Positions 8,585 to 17,306 of a DNA stretch of 53,519 bases are shown here, in pieces. The stretch's first letter is position 1; each line of letters opens with the position of its first letter. Both the position numbers and the translations under genes were made by a program. The stretch lies in the IMG/VR virus record IMGVR_UViG_3300020193_000033, positions 1 to 53,519 of that record; one strand, written 5' to 3'. Source of the stretch: a virus (taxonomy: Duplodnaviria > Caudoviricetes). The notes under the pieces are model-generated. The model saw nothing but the letters and a program-made list of their open reading frames with translations. It did no database searches and was not told the DNA's origin.

Positions 8585-9166
8585 ATGTCTAACATCCCTA
8601 TTTTGGGTAGTGGAAACACGCCCGCTGATCAAGGTACATATACCGCGATCAAAGATGAAGGCCCAAAGATACGTCTTCTCTATTGCTATAACTGTAAGAG
8701 CATAGAAGAGTTGCCTGACTTTGAAGGCCGTCCAGAAGATGACACTTTGCTTGAGATCCTTGTTGAGAAGCACCAATCTGCAGGCGTACCTCACACAGGG
8801 TTTCTATCTAAGATCGGAGTAAAAATCTGGTCACAGGAGAAATACAGAAAAGAGATCATTAAGAATCTCAGAACTAGAGTTGGTGGTGGTCTTGCAGATA
8901 TTGACCCAGACTACTACACCACAAAAGCAACTTTCTATGATGATGCAATGAGGTGTTACAACTTGCATTTGCGTCCAGAAGGAAGCTGTGTAGACTGGCG
9001 AGCTAAGAACAAGCGTCTTTTACCAAAGACTTCTGAACTTAGAAAAGAGGTAGGATTAGAGTCGGCAGCAAAGTCTGCCAGCACTGAAGTTTACCTCTGT
9101 GACTTCTGTCCAGTCAAAACGCATTATGTAACAAAACAACGTCAAGAAAAAGGCCTCTACAAATAA
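8585..9166 (+). CDS. Zn-binding hypothetical protein
   Basis: Leaderless TAGGAT-N6-ATG; CYNC, CYNLH, CDFC motifs. Confidence 0.75.
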   Translation: MSNIPILGSGNTPADQGTYTAIKDEGPKIRLLYCYNCKSIEELPDFEGRPEDDTLLEILVEKHQSAGVPHTGFLSKIGVKIWSQEKYRKEIIKNLRTRVGGGLADIDPDYYTTKATFYDDAMRCYNLHLRPEGSCVDWRAKNKRLLPKTSELRKEVGLESAAKSASTEVYLCDFCPVKTHYVTKQRQEKGLYK

Positions 9167-9174
9167 GGAGCATC

Positions 9175-9429
9175 ATGTCAGAAGAAACAAAAGAAACACC
9201 AAGCAAGCCTAAGATGAAGACGGGCTTTGCCGTATTGATTAATGAGAATGGAGATATGTTCGTAGAGAGAAACCCTCAAGTTTTTGCTCTGGAACTTGAT
9301 CGAGAAACTACTCTTGTCGAAGTACGCCGGTTTTGTGCTGAAATCGTCAGCGATTTGCAAGCGCAGGCTGCTGCTGAGTACACCGTGCTCCGTATGAAGC
9401 AGCTAGAGCCTTCCGTGGGGACGGAATAA
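9175..9429 (+). CDS. Hypothetical protein
   Basis: AAGGAG RBS. Confidence 0.7.
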   Translation: MSEETKETPSKPKMKTGFAVLINENGDMFVERNPQVFALELDRETTLVEVRRFCAEIVSDLQAQAAAEYTVLRMKQLEPSVGTE

Positions 9430-9468
9430 ACCAAGACGTATCGACATACTCAGTGAAAGAATAGGGCT

Positions 9469-10395
9469 ATGAGTTACGTAGATGCTATAGCCAAGAGTGG
9501 GCCTATCCCCGCTATTTCACCAGCATCCACATCCTATTTCAGCGCACCCTCACCTATGCTAGACCCAAAACTATTTGATATAGAAGATAGATTATTACCG
9601 TTCATTCGAACAGGTGTTCTAGATCTATTGATGAGCCACTTAAATAAACGCTTTAACAATGCTCATAGTTGGACTAAGGCATGGCTTGCAGGCTCAGGCG
9701 TATCCCATCAATGGGAAGCTGCTAGACAGCCTGGAGACCTGGACTGTTTAGTCGGCATAGACTATGTTAAATTCAGAGAGTCTAATCAGGACTACATTGG
9801 GTTTTCAGATCGTGAGATTGCTAAAGAAATAAACGAAACTTTCTATGATGATTTAACACCCAATACTATCAACTGGCACGGATTCGAACTAACGTTTTAT
9901 GTTAACGAGCAATCAGACATCAGAACTATCAATCCATACGCAGCGTACGATTTGATTTTAGATGACTGGACTGTAGAACCAAAGTACGAAACTCCTCCTC
10001 GCAATACGCAGTGGGATTTGCGTTCTAATAGAGATTATGAACGGGGGTCTGAATTGGTATCTAGATATACCTTAGCACTAAATGAGGTACGTGCTGCCAA
10101 AAACCCTGCACATCGAATCAACGCAGAGTCAAAACTAAAATTAGCTACTGAACAAGCTATATCATTCTTTGACGAGATTTACGCTGGCCGAAAGGTTGCA
10201 TTCAGCAGCATAGGTCAGGGATATTCTGATTTCAATAACTATAGATGGCAAGCTGGCAAAAAAACTGGAGTAATACAGGCACTACGAACAATCAAAGATC
10301 ATAAAAAGGCAGCAGAAGAAGCAAGCCAGCTAGAGACATATGGCGTAGAGCTACCTGATGCAGATGTTATGGTCAGGAGAGCTCTAAGGCCATAG
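9469..10395 (+). CDS. Pol-beta-superfamily nucleotidyltransferase
   Basis: WLAGSG...GDLDCLVGID (GS...DxD) plus a later ELTFYV strand carrying the third acidic residue. Confidence 0.7.
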   Translation: MSYVDAIAKSGPIPAISPASTSYFSAPSPMLDPKLFDIEDRLLPFIRTGVLDLLMSHLNKRFNNAHSWTKAWLAGSGVSHQWEAARQPGDLDCLVGIDYVKFRESNQDYIGFSDREIAKEINETFYDDLTPNTINWHGFELTFYVNEQSDIRTINPYAAYDLILDDWTVEPKYETPPRNTQWDLRSNRDYERGSELVSRYTLALNEVRAAKNPAHRINAESKLKLATEQAISFFDEIYAGRKVAFSSIGQGYSDFNNYRWQAGKKTGVIQALRTIKDHKKAAEEASQLETYGVELPDADVMVRRALRP

Positions 10396-10860
10396 ATGAG
10401 AACTGCATTAATATCACTTGAGGGCGTGCTGTGCACCGAAGTTGGAGATCCAATTCCAGACGGGATTAAACTATTTCGAGTATTAGCAGAGCATTATCGC
10501 ATCGCAATTGCTTCTGATCAGACACCAGAGTTAACAGAGCACTGGCTTAAATCTAATCTCATTGTTGGGTATGCGGAGATATATGATGATAAATACGCCT
10601 TTGAAGGGCAAGACCTACGCATGCGACAGCTCGACGTCGCTAGATCCCGGGGACGTGTTGAGATGTTTATAGATCCAGATATAGACCGCTGTGCCTACGC
10701 TGTAGAGAACAATGTACCTACATTGTTATTTGCTTCCCCTAAGTTTGTTAGAACTACACGTTCTATCAAGCCTTGGAAGACATTGTCGGAGGAAGTGGAG
10801 CGCCAACGTTTGGCCCTCCTTGAGGCTGAAATAGGTAGCAAGGTGAAAAGATTTGAATGA
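10396..10860 (+). CDS. HAD-fold protein with degenerate motif I
   Basis: ALISLEGVL in place of hhhDxDGVL; IAS (motif II), TEHWLK, MFIDPD (motif IV). Confidence 0.55.
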   Translation: MRTALISLEGVLCTEVGDPIPDGIKLFRVLAEHYRIAIASDQTPELTEHWLKSNLIVGYAEIYDDKYAFEGQDLRMRQLDVARSRGRVEMFIDPDIDRCAYAVENNVPTLLFASPKFVRTTRSIKPWKTLSEEVERQRLALLEAEIGSKVKRFE

Positions 10861-12350
10861 ACATAGTATTCCTAGGGGGAGAAGTACCCTCACATAGATT
10901 GCTGTTGATTGACAACGGGGTTAAGCACATTGGCGTAAGCTACTGGGGCTTGGCAAAGCGAGGCCTACCTAAGACCAAAGACTATCTATTATCAGAGAAG
11001 TACCCTGACGACGTAAAGCTGTATGTTGCCGGCGGCGGAGCTAATCCTAACCTGAGCAAGGCTGAGCTCGAAGAGCATGCGGCCAACTTTGAAGATTGGG
11101 TAGCAATTAACTATGATCGTATATCAGGGGTTATTGAGTTTGATGCACCAGCTCTCGGTCAAGACTGGATTGTCCAGCAGAGAAAGACTTTGGGCTTTGA
11201 GCTCGGAGACAAGTATTGGCCCGTATGGCATTCGCAGCATGGACATCCGGCACTACTAGCTTTATCGGAGCAGTGGACTAACGTTGCTCTTCTAGGAGAG
11301 TCCATAGAAGCGGACGCTACCCTATCAGGACGCACCAGAGCCCTTCAGAACCAGTTTGGAACTAACTTCCACGGTTTAGGGTGCGCCAAGCCTGACAACC
11401 TCAGACAAGTGCCTTTAACGACCGCTAGCACGCTCTCCTGGCTATCGCCAATGATGAGGGGCGAAACAATAGTTTGGGATGGAACTAAATTAGTAAGATA
11501 TCAGAAAAAGCAAAAAGACCAAGCACGTCCTCGTTATAAAGCTGTTATAGAACGAGCAGGTTTGGACTTCGACAAGATTATTAATGATGATAGTAACGAG
11601 GTAACTCGCCTCGCTATTTGGAGCTACCTGCAGTTGGAGGACGCATTGGATAAAAAGAAACCACCACACTTACGTCTGTTATCTGATAACAGTGATGATA
11701 AGGATACCGCAGGTTCTGCGGAAACACTAGGGTTGGAACCTGATAACAAGGGTGTTGAGATGCGGAAAGAAACTGCTTCTGCAACTATAAACATAGTTCC
11801 TAGAGATCCATCAGAAACTATGAATTTACCCGTATTTTCAGTATCTACGAAGAGAGTTATAGATAAAGACGAAGAAGGAAGGGACCTGATAAGAGACGTA
11901 AACGTGCTTGGATCTAACCAGTCTTCATTACGTCAATGTAATACGTGTTTTGTAGCAGCAAACTGTCCTGCATTTAAAGCAGATTCAACATGTGCATTCA
12001 ACCTTCCAGTAGAGGTTAAGACTAAAGATCAACTTAAGGGATTGCTCAACGCCATCATAGAGATGCAAGGTGCTAGAGTTGCCTTCTCTCGTTACGCCGA
12101 GGAATTAAACGGCGGATACCCAGATCCAAATACTGGACAAGAAATAGATCGACTATTTAAGATTGTAAAACAACTGAAGGAGCTGGAGGACAACCGAGAG
12201 TTCGTCAGGATGACCGTAGAACGACAGACCTCTGGAGGTGTTATGTCTGCCCTTTTTGGGGATAGAGCTAACACTCTGAGACAACTGCCCAACGATGGAT
12301 TATCCGAGGCGGAAACTAGTAAAATTATCTCTGAACATATCGAAGACTGA
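10857..12350 (+). CDS. TGT/DpdA-like barrel fused to a Cys-cluster/helical C-terminal domain
   Basis: VSY, EFD, PVWH, FHGLG and SW...RG motifs in TGT-like order; C-terminal CNTC...C...C. Confidence 0.55.
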   Translation: MNIVFLGGEVPSHRLLLIDNGVKHIGVSYWGLAKRGLPKTKDYLLSEKYPDDVKLYVAGGGANPNLSKAELEEHAANFEDWVAINYDRISGVIEFDAPALGQDWIVQQRKTLGFELGDKYWPVWHSQHGHPALLALSEQWTNVALLGESIEADATLSGRTRALQNQFGTNFHGLGCAKPDNLRQVPLTTASTLSWLSPMMRGETIVWDGTKLVRYQKKQKDQARPRYKAVIERAGLDFDKIINDDSNEVTRLAIWSYLQLEDALDKKKPPHLRLLSDNSDDKDTAGSAETLGLEPDNKGVEMRKETASATINIVPRDPSETMNLPVFSVSTKRVIDKDEEGRDLIRDVNVLGSNQSSLRQCNTCFVAANCPAFKADSTCAFNLPVEVKTKDQLKGLLNAIIEMQGARVAFSRYAEELNGGYPDPNTGQEIDRLFKIVKQLKELEDNREFVRMTVERQTSGGVMSALFGDRANTLRQLPNDGLSEAETSKIISEHIED

Positions 12351-12365
12351 GGAGGGGGGTTTATT

Positions 12366-14420
12366 TTGTTTTCATTTAAACTAACAGAAGAGTTTGTGAA
12401 CGGGTATCGAGGAGAGCCAGTACCTTGGGGCTATAAAGATGCTGCGGGTAACTCGGTAGGTGAGATTACCTTTCTAAGAACATACTCTCGGCTTAAAGCA
12501 GACGGCACTAAAGAGACATGGGTAGACGTTTGTGAACGGGTTATCAACGGCATGTACTCTCTTCAGAAAGACCACGCAAAGACGAACCGTTTACCTTGGA
12601 ACGATTCCAAAGCCCAATCCTCAGCCAAAGAAGCATTTGATCGGCTATGGAATTTGAAGTGGACTCCACCAGGACGCGGACTATGGGTAATGGGAACTCC
12701 CATAGTCAATGAGCACAGAAATTCTGCAGCTCTTCAGAACTGCGCATTTGTATCAACCCTATCTATGACTAAAGTTGACCCCTCAAGACCTTTTGCATTT
12801 TTGATGGAAGCATCTATGCTGGGAGTTGGTGTTGGATTTGACAACAAAGGAGCGGATAAAGAATTTACAATCTACGCTCCGCAACAAGGAGAACAATATG
12901 TCATACCAGACACCCGAGAAGGATGGGTTGAATCCGTCATCCTCCTTATCAATGCCTACCTCAGACCAGATTCGAAAACTCCAGTATTTGATTACAAAGA
13001 GATTCGCCCAGCGGGAACGCCAATTAAGACTTTTGGCGGAACGGCAGCGGGACACGAACCGTTAGAAAGGCTTCATAACCATATCCGTCGTATCTTCGAT
13101 GGGAGGTCAGGTGAAAAGCTCACTCGTAAAGATATTGCTGATATCGGCAATTTTATCGGCGTTTGCGTCGTTAGCGGTAACGTACGCCGTAGCGCTGAAT
13201 TACTTATTGGTCGTATTGACGATTCTGACTTTCTCAACTTAAAGAATGCCGAGGTATATCCAGAGCGCAACAGCTACGATCCGACAAATCCTGGGTGGGC
13301 CTGGATGTCAAACAATTCAGTTGAAGTATCTGTAGGACAAGACCTAACTCCCATCATTGATGGTATTGCTCGTAACGGTGAGCCTGGAGTTATCTGGATG
13401 GACGTAACTAAGCAATATGGTCGTTTAGCAGATCCCATTAACAATAAAGACTGGAGAGCTGCTGGATACAATCCTTGTGCCGAGCAGTCTTTGGAATCTT
13501 TTGAATGCTGTACTCTTGTAGAAACATATCTCAATCGTCACGACAATCTTGAGGACTTTAAAAGAACTCTTAAGTTTGCATATCTCTATGCCAAGACTGT
13601 AACTCTTCTCCCAACACATTGGGAAGAGACAAATGCAATTATGCAGCGCAACCGCCGTATTGGAACATCTATTAGCGGAGTTGCCAACTTTGCAGACAAC
13701 CGTGGTTTACCGGAGCTTAGAACCTGGATGGATTCGGGATACGAAGTTATTAAGAACTATGATCGTACATACTCAGAGTGGTTAGGCATCAGAGAGTCAT
13801 TAAAGATGACTACAGTCAAGCCATCTGGAACAGTTAGCATTTTAGCGGGTGAATCTCCAGGAGTACATTGGCCAGTAGGTGGAAAGTATTTTCTAAGAGC
13901 TATTAGATTTGCTAATTCAGACCCAATGCTCCCATTATTCATAATGGCAAAGTATCGAGTAGAACCAGCAGTCGAGTCACCAGACACAACATCAGTTGTA
14001 TTCTTTCCGATCCAGTCAGGCGCAGTTAGGTCGGAGAAAGAAGTCTCTATCTATGAAAAGATTGGATTGGCAGCGACAGTTCAGAGATATTGGTCTGATA
14101 ATTCAGTTTCGGTAACTATCAGCTTTGACCCCGAGTCGGAGGGTAATCACATCGGAACTGTATTGCACATGTACGACGGTCAACTCAAGACGGTCTCATT
14201 CCTTCCGTCAGGAAATCACGTTTATCCCCAGATGCCATACACCCAAATTACAAAAGAAGAGTATGATGACGCAACTATGACCTTATTTCCTATAGACTTT
14301 GTTGGCGTATATGCGGGCATGGCGGCCGATGCTGTCGGAGAAGCATATTGCACCACAGATTCTTGTGAAGTAAAGCTAATCAAAGATAATAGTCAGGGGA
14401 AAGTACATGCAAGAAGATAA
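12366..14420 (+). CDS. nrdJ: Class II (B12-dependent) ribonucleotide reductase
   Basis: PPGRGLW, NCAF, NPCAEQ, CCTL, TVKPSGT, C-terminal CTTDSC; TTG start after a GGAGG-like RBS. Confidence 0.95.
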   Translation: MFSFKLTEEFVNGYRGEPVPWGYKDAAGNSVGEITFLRTYSRLKADGTKETWVDVCERVINGMYSLQKDHAKTNRLPWNDSKAQSSAKEAFDRLWNLKWTPPGRGLWVMGTPIVNEHRNSAALQNCAFVSTLSMTKVDPSRPFAFLMEASMLGVGVGFDNKGADKEFTIYAPQQGEQYVIPDTREGWVESVILLINAYLRPDSKTPVFDYKEIRPAGTPIKTFGGTAAGHEPLERLHNHIRRIFDGRSGEKLTRKDIADIGNFIGVCVVSGNVRRSAELLIGRIDDSDFLNLKNAEVYPERNSYDPTNPGWAWMSNNSVEVSVGQDLTPIIDGIARNGEPGVIWMDVTKQYGRLADPINNKDWRAAGYNPCAEQSLESFECCTLVETYLNRHDNLEDFKRTLKFAYLYAKTVTLLPTHWEETNAIMQRNRRIGTSISGVANFADNRGLPELRTWMDSGYEVIKNYDRTYSEWLGIRESLKMTTVKPSGTVSILAGESPGVHWPVGGKYFLRAIRFANSDPMLPLFIMAKYRVEPAVESPDTTSVVFFPIQSGAVRSEKEVSIYEKIGLAATVQRYWSDNSVSVTISFDPESEGNHIGTVLHMYDGQLKTVSFLPSGNHVYPQMPYTQITKEEYDDATMTLFPIDFVGVYAGMAADAVGEAYCTTDSCEVKLIKDNSQGKVHARR

Positions 14421-14559
14421 CTTAGATCCGGATTTATTTGAGGATGAGTTTGATGATGAATTTGCCGATGAATGGCCAGATGAATTGTCAGATATTGAAG
14501 ACTTAGAAGAATTAGAAGAGTTGGAAGATGATTTTGAGGAAATAGAAGGAAATAGATAA
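14407..14559 (+). CDS. 50-aa hyperacidic protein
   Basis: Not in the ORF track; MQEDNLDPDLFEDEFDDEFADEW...; 27 of 50 residues are D/E. Confidence 0.65.
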   Translation: MQEDNLDPDLFEDEFDDEFADEWPDELSDIEDLEELEELEDDFEEIEGNR

Positions 14560-14587
14560 GGACTGGCGAAATGCGCCAACACAAACA

Positions 14588-14615
14588 TTAGCCCCCGCCG
14601 TAAGGCGAGGGCTAA
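14588..14615. terminator. Hairpin between convergent transcription units
   Basis: TTAGCCC-CCGCC-GTAA-GGCGA-GGGCTAA at the plus/minus convergence point. Confidence 0.7.
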
Positions 14616-14635
14616 CGTATTTATATACAGTCCTG

Positions 14636-14752
14636 TCAGGATGTAGTTTCAGGGTATTGACACTCACAGGTTTCGACATCAAAGTCTCCATCTGGGCTTG
14701 TCCAACCCACAGTCCCACTTCCATAACACGTTGTGCAGTCTGTTTTAGTCAT
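14636..14752 (-). CDS. 38-aa Zn-finger peptide
   Basis: MTKTDCTTCYGSGTVGW...CEC; CxxCxGxG motif. Confidence 0.55.
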   Translation of the reverse strand: MTKTDCTTCYGSGTVGWTSPDGDFDVETCECQYPETTS

Positions 14753-14755
14753 TGG

Positions 14756-14938
14756 CTACACGTCGAACTTGTAATGCTCACGCGAGCCTTTGTTAACCTT
14801 GCGATATCCGGGAAACTTTTCTAAATCCCGGTCTCCATGACTAAACTCCCAATATAGTTGATCAGCTTCTTTTCTATCTTGGGCTTCGAAAGTTATTTCG
14901 AAAGTGTTAGTCACTGTGTGCTCAACTTTAAACTTCAT
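14756..14938 (-). CDS. Small hypothetical protein
   Basis: ATGA overlap chain. Confidence 0.65.
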   Translation of the reverse strand: MKFKVEHTVTNTFEITFEAQDRKEADQLYWEFSHGDRDLEKFPGYRKVNKGSREHYKFDV

Positions 14939-15168
14939 GCGTGTTCCCCCACAACTTTATTCGCCAAATCAACAAAGTCCTCTGCAGCAATACTCTGCCA
15001 ATAGTATTCACCATCTTCGTATTGAAAGACGACCTCAGACCATTGGTCAGGGGTCATAGTCAAATCCTTTGTGTAGCCTTCGATAGTCTCTTTGTCCCAA
15101 TACGCAACAATGAGTTCGTGGTCAGGCTTGTATTGCTTTAATTGCTCTACAAGTTCTTGAACTTTCAT
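14935..15168 (-). CDS. Small acidic protein (paralog A)
   Basis: MKVQELVEQLKQYKPDHELIVAYWDK. Confidence 0.7.
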   Translation of the reverse strand: MKVQELVEQLKQYKPDHELIVAYWDKETIEGYTKDLTMTPDQWSEVVFQYEDGEYYWQSIAAEDFVDLANKVVGEHA

Positions 15169-15401
15169 GCATCACCCCTTGGTTCCGAATACTCAGAAAC
15201 AAAATCAGAAATGATTTCAGAAATTTGTTGGTCGCCTGAATCCAAGCCACCCTCGTCCTCCATCACTGAAACAACTTTTTTCCAAGCTTCATTTGTAAGA
15301 ACATTTTCGTCATCAAAAGTATCTTTAGTCCAAAGCAACATAATTACTTCGTCATCAGGATTTACTTGTTGGATAACGTCAACTGCGTCTCGTGCTTTCA
15401 T
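15165..15401 (-). CDS. Small acidic protein (paralog B)
   Basis: Start refined to MKARDAVDVIQQVNPDDEVIMLLWTK at an ATGA overlap. Confidence 0.7.
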   Translation of the reverse strand: MKARDAVDVIQQVNPDDEVIMLLWTKDTFDDENVLTNEAWKKVVSVMEDEGGLDSGDQQISEIISDFVSEYSEPRGDA

Positions 15402-15682
15402 GCGGCCACCGCATAGGTCATATCTCCAAAGAAAGAGACAGGTTTGATGCTTGAATCCGCCCCATATCCTGGGAGTAATTTGATGCTTTTTCTTGGTGTG
15501 GTAGTTTGAATTTTTTGTTTGATATACCGTTTTGCAGCAGAAGCATTTTTCCACGCAGTCATGTCTGCAGCAAATAGAATCTCGGCATCGTCAAAGTAAC
15601 GAATTTCGCATAACCATCCACCTCCCTTATCGGGATTTAGCTTTAGACTTACTTTTACACGTTGTTTTACTTTTCTAGGCAT
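15398..15682 (-). CDS. Hypothetical protein
   Basis: AGGAG RBS. Confidence 0.7.
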   Translation of the reverse strand: MPRKVKQRVKVSLKLNPDKGGGWLCEIRYFDDAEILFAADMTAWKNASAAKRYIKQKIQTTTPRKSIKLLPGYGADSSIKPVSFFGDMTYAVAA

Positions 15683-15697
15683 TTTGTACTCCTATTT

Positions 15698-15925
15698 TTA
15701 TCCTAGTGTTTTATTGTTGTATCCTACTTGTTTTAGATCTCGCAGGATGTTCTTAGAGGCTCTCCAATCACTAGAGGTAGCTCCGAAGAAGACAATTTTA
15801 CCAGTCTTCGGATTACGCACTTTTACGTGTTGCTTCCCCGCAGTTTTGGTGACCTCGAGACCAGCAGCTTCCAAAGACTTTATTAGCTTTTGGATTTGCT
15901 TGTCTCTTACTCGTATATACTGCAT
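15698..15925 (-). CDS. HicA-like (dsRBD-fold) protein
   Basis: LIKSLEAAGLEVTKTAGKQHVKVRNP...KNILRDLKQVG follows the HicA pattern, including its His. Confidence 0.55.
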   Translation of the reverse strand: MQYIRVRDKQIQKLIKSLEAAGLEVTKTAGKQHVKVRNPKTGKIVFFGATSSDWRASKNILRDLKQVGYNNKTLG

Positions 15926-16001
15926 AGTCTCAACTCCCTTCGTCTTGCTGTATACTAACGCAGTAAGCTCTAATAGGCTACTCCGTCAGATACCTCCGGA
16001 A

Positions 16002-16259
16002 TCACTTTTCCGGAGGTTTCAGTTTCAGTATTTTTTCTACTTCACTTAGTTCAACTACCTTACCCAATTTAACTTCGTACAGGCTGCCGAACTCGCCAGG
16101 TCTTTTTAGGTCGTTGATATTGACCCATTCACCTTTATTACGATCATAGATAGCTAAGGAATACTCCCAATTATCTTTGATCTTGGGATCATCGATACGC
16201 CATTTGGCAACTTGTATATAGAATGATACAAGTATGCTGTAATACATATCTTTATCCAT
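16002..16259 (-). CDS. Hypothetical protein
   Basis: AAGGA RBS. Confidence 0.65.
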   Translation of the reverse strand: MDKDMYYSILVSFYIQVAKWRIDDPKIKDNWEYSLAIYDRNKGEWVNINDLKRPGEFGSLYEVKLGKVVELSEVEKILKLKPPEK

Positions 16260-16261
16260 TG

Positions 16262-16909
16262 TTATTCCTTTCTAAACGTTGCTTTTGTAAGCATTGCTTT
16301 TGTAGCTTCGTGTCGTGTTTTTGTTGATTCTACATAACTTTCCACCTCCTCAAACTCTTCTTCATCGGGAAACCAATAGAACACTTCTTCCATGGTTGAA
16401 GGATTGATATAGTTCATATAATTTGATGGGGATTTGAAATTGCTTTCTTTTACTGCTTTACCTTTTGTAAACATGACATATCCAGCAAAGTCTGCACCTG
16501 GTTCGTCATAGGCAGCGTAAATGTTTGTGTTGGGCCAGCGTGCTGCCAACACTTCGTAGACCGGCAAGGGCGGAGCCCATGCAGAGTCAAACTCAATTCG
16601 CACAGTTCTATGCGCATTAAGTAAGACAGAGTTGCCACTGTCTTCAGTAATTTTTGCATCTACATTCCACTTCGTACCCCAGTTTAGATTAGACCAGTCG
16701 TACCAATCTTTAGCTCCGTAGAGCTTTAGATTAGTGGATGCTGTATTGTCATCACGTTCGGGAGCAGATACGCCACGCAATGCGTTCGGCATTGTTATGA
16801 CCTTATCTAGGCTGAATACAGTAGAGCCCTCTTTTACTGACTCTAACAGTTCACCAACCTCATCAGGTTCTCCCTGAATGATGAGCACATTGCTACACCA
16901 ATTAGGCAT
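16262..16909 (-). CDS. YubB/DUF1281-like ferredoxin-fold protein
   Basis: MPNWCSN, WYDW...NWGTKW, FDSAWAPP, YDEPG signatures. Confidence 0.85.
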   Translation of the reverse strand: MPNWCSNVLIIQGEPDEVGELLESVKEGSTVFSLDKVITMPNALRGVSAPERDDNTASTNLKLYGAKDWYDWSNLNWGTKWNVDAKITEDSGNSVLLNAHRTVRIEFDSAWAPPLPVYEVLAARWPNTNIYAAYDEPGADFAGYVMFTKGKAVKESNFKSPSNYMNYINPSTMEEVFYWFPDEEEFEEVESYVESTKTRHEATKAMLTKATFRKE

Positions 16910-17084
16910 TTTTTTCCTCTCTTTTTTCTGTTAGTACATCTTCTAGTCCTAATATAGGCAGAAGATCTTCTTGCCCATGTTTGATAAATAGTTTTGCAAC
17001 TATTTTTCTGTCTTCTTCATGACGAGCATCGGATTGTTCTTTGAACCGTCCGGCTGTCATATATAGTTCATGCTTGCTTGGCAT
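16902..17084 (-). CDS. Small hypothetical protein
   Basis: GGAGG RBS. Confidence 0.65.
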   Translation of the reverse strand: MPSKHELYMTAGRFKEQSDARHEEDRKIVAKLFIKHGQEDLLPILGLEDVLTEKREEKNA

Positions 17085-17087
17085 TAG

Positions 17088-17294
17088 TTAACCTCCTGAA
17101 GTAGAAAATACCGAACCATCTAGTGAGTTGTCAAGAGCCCACTCTTGTGGATCAGACACAGGTTCGATAGTTAGTTCAGAAGCACTGGTCTCAGACAAAA
17201 CGTCGCCAGCATGTAGCACGAACATCTGAGCATCTTCATATGCATTGAATGGACCTATTATGGTTTCAGTCAAGCTGTCCCAAACTATGTACAT
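17088..17294 (-). CDS. Small acidic protein
   Basis: GGGAG RBS. Confidence 0.65.
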   Translation of the reverse strand: MYIVWDSLTETIIGPFNAYEDAQMFVLHAGDVLSETSASELTIEPVSDPQEWALDNSLDGSVFSTSGG

Positions 17295-17306
17295 AGTTTC
17301 TCCCTT

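Noticed and set aside
12366-14420. Intein or intron in nrdJ (terL also checked)
   Set aside because: Both ORFs are continuous, of ordinary length, and show no intein splice motifs.
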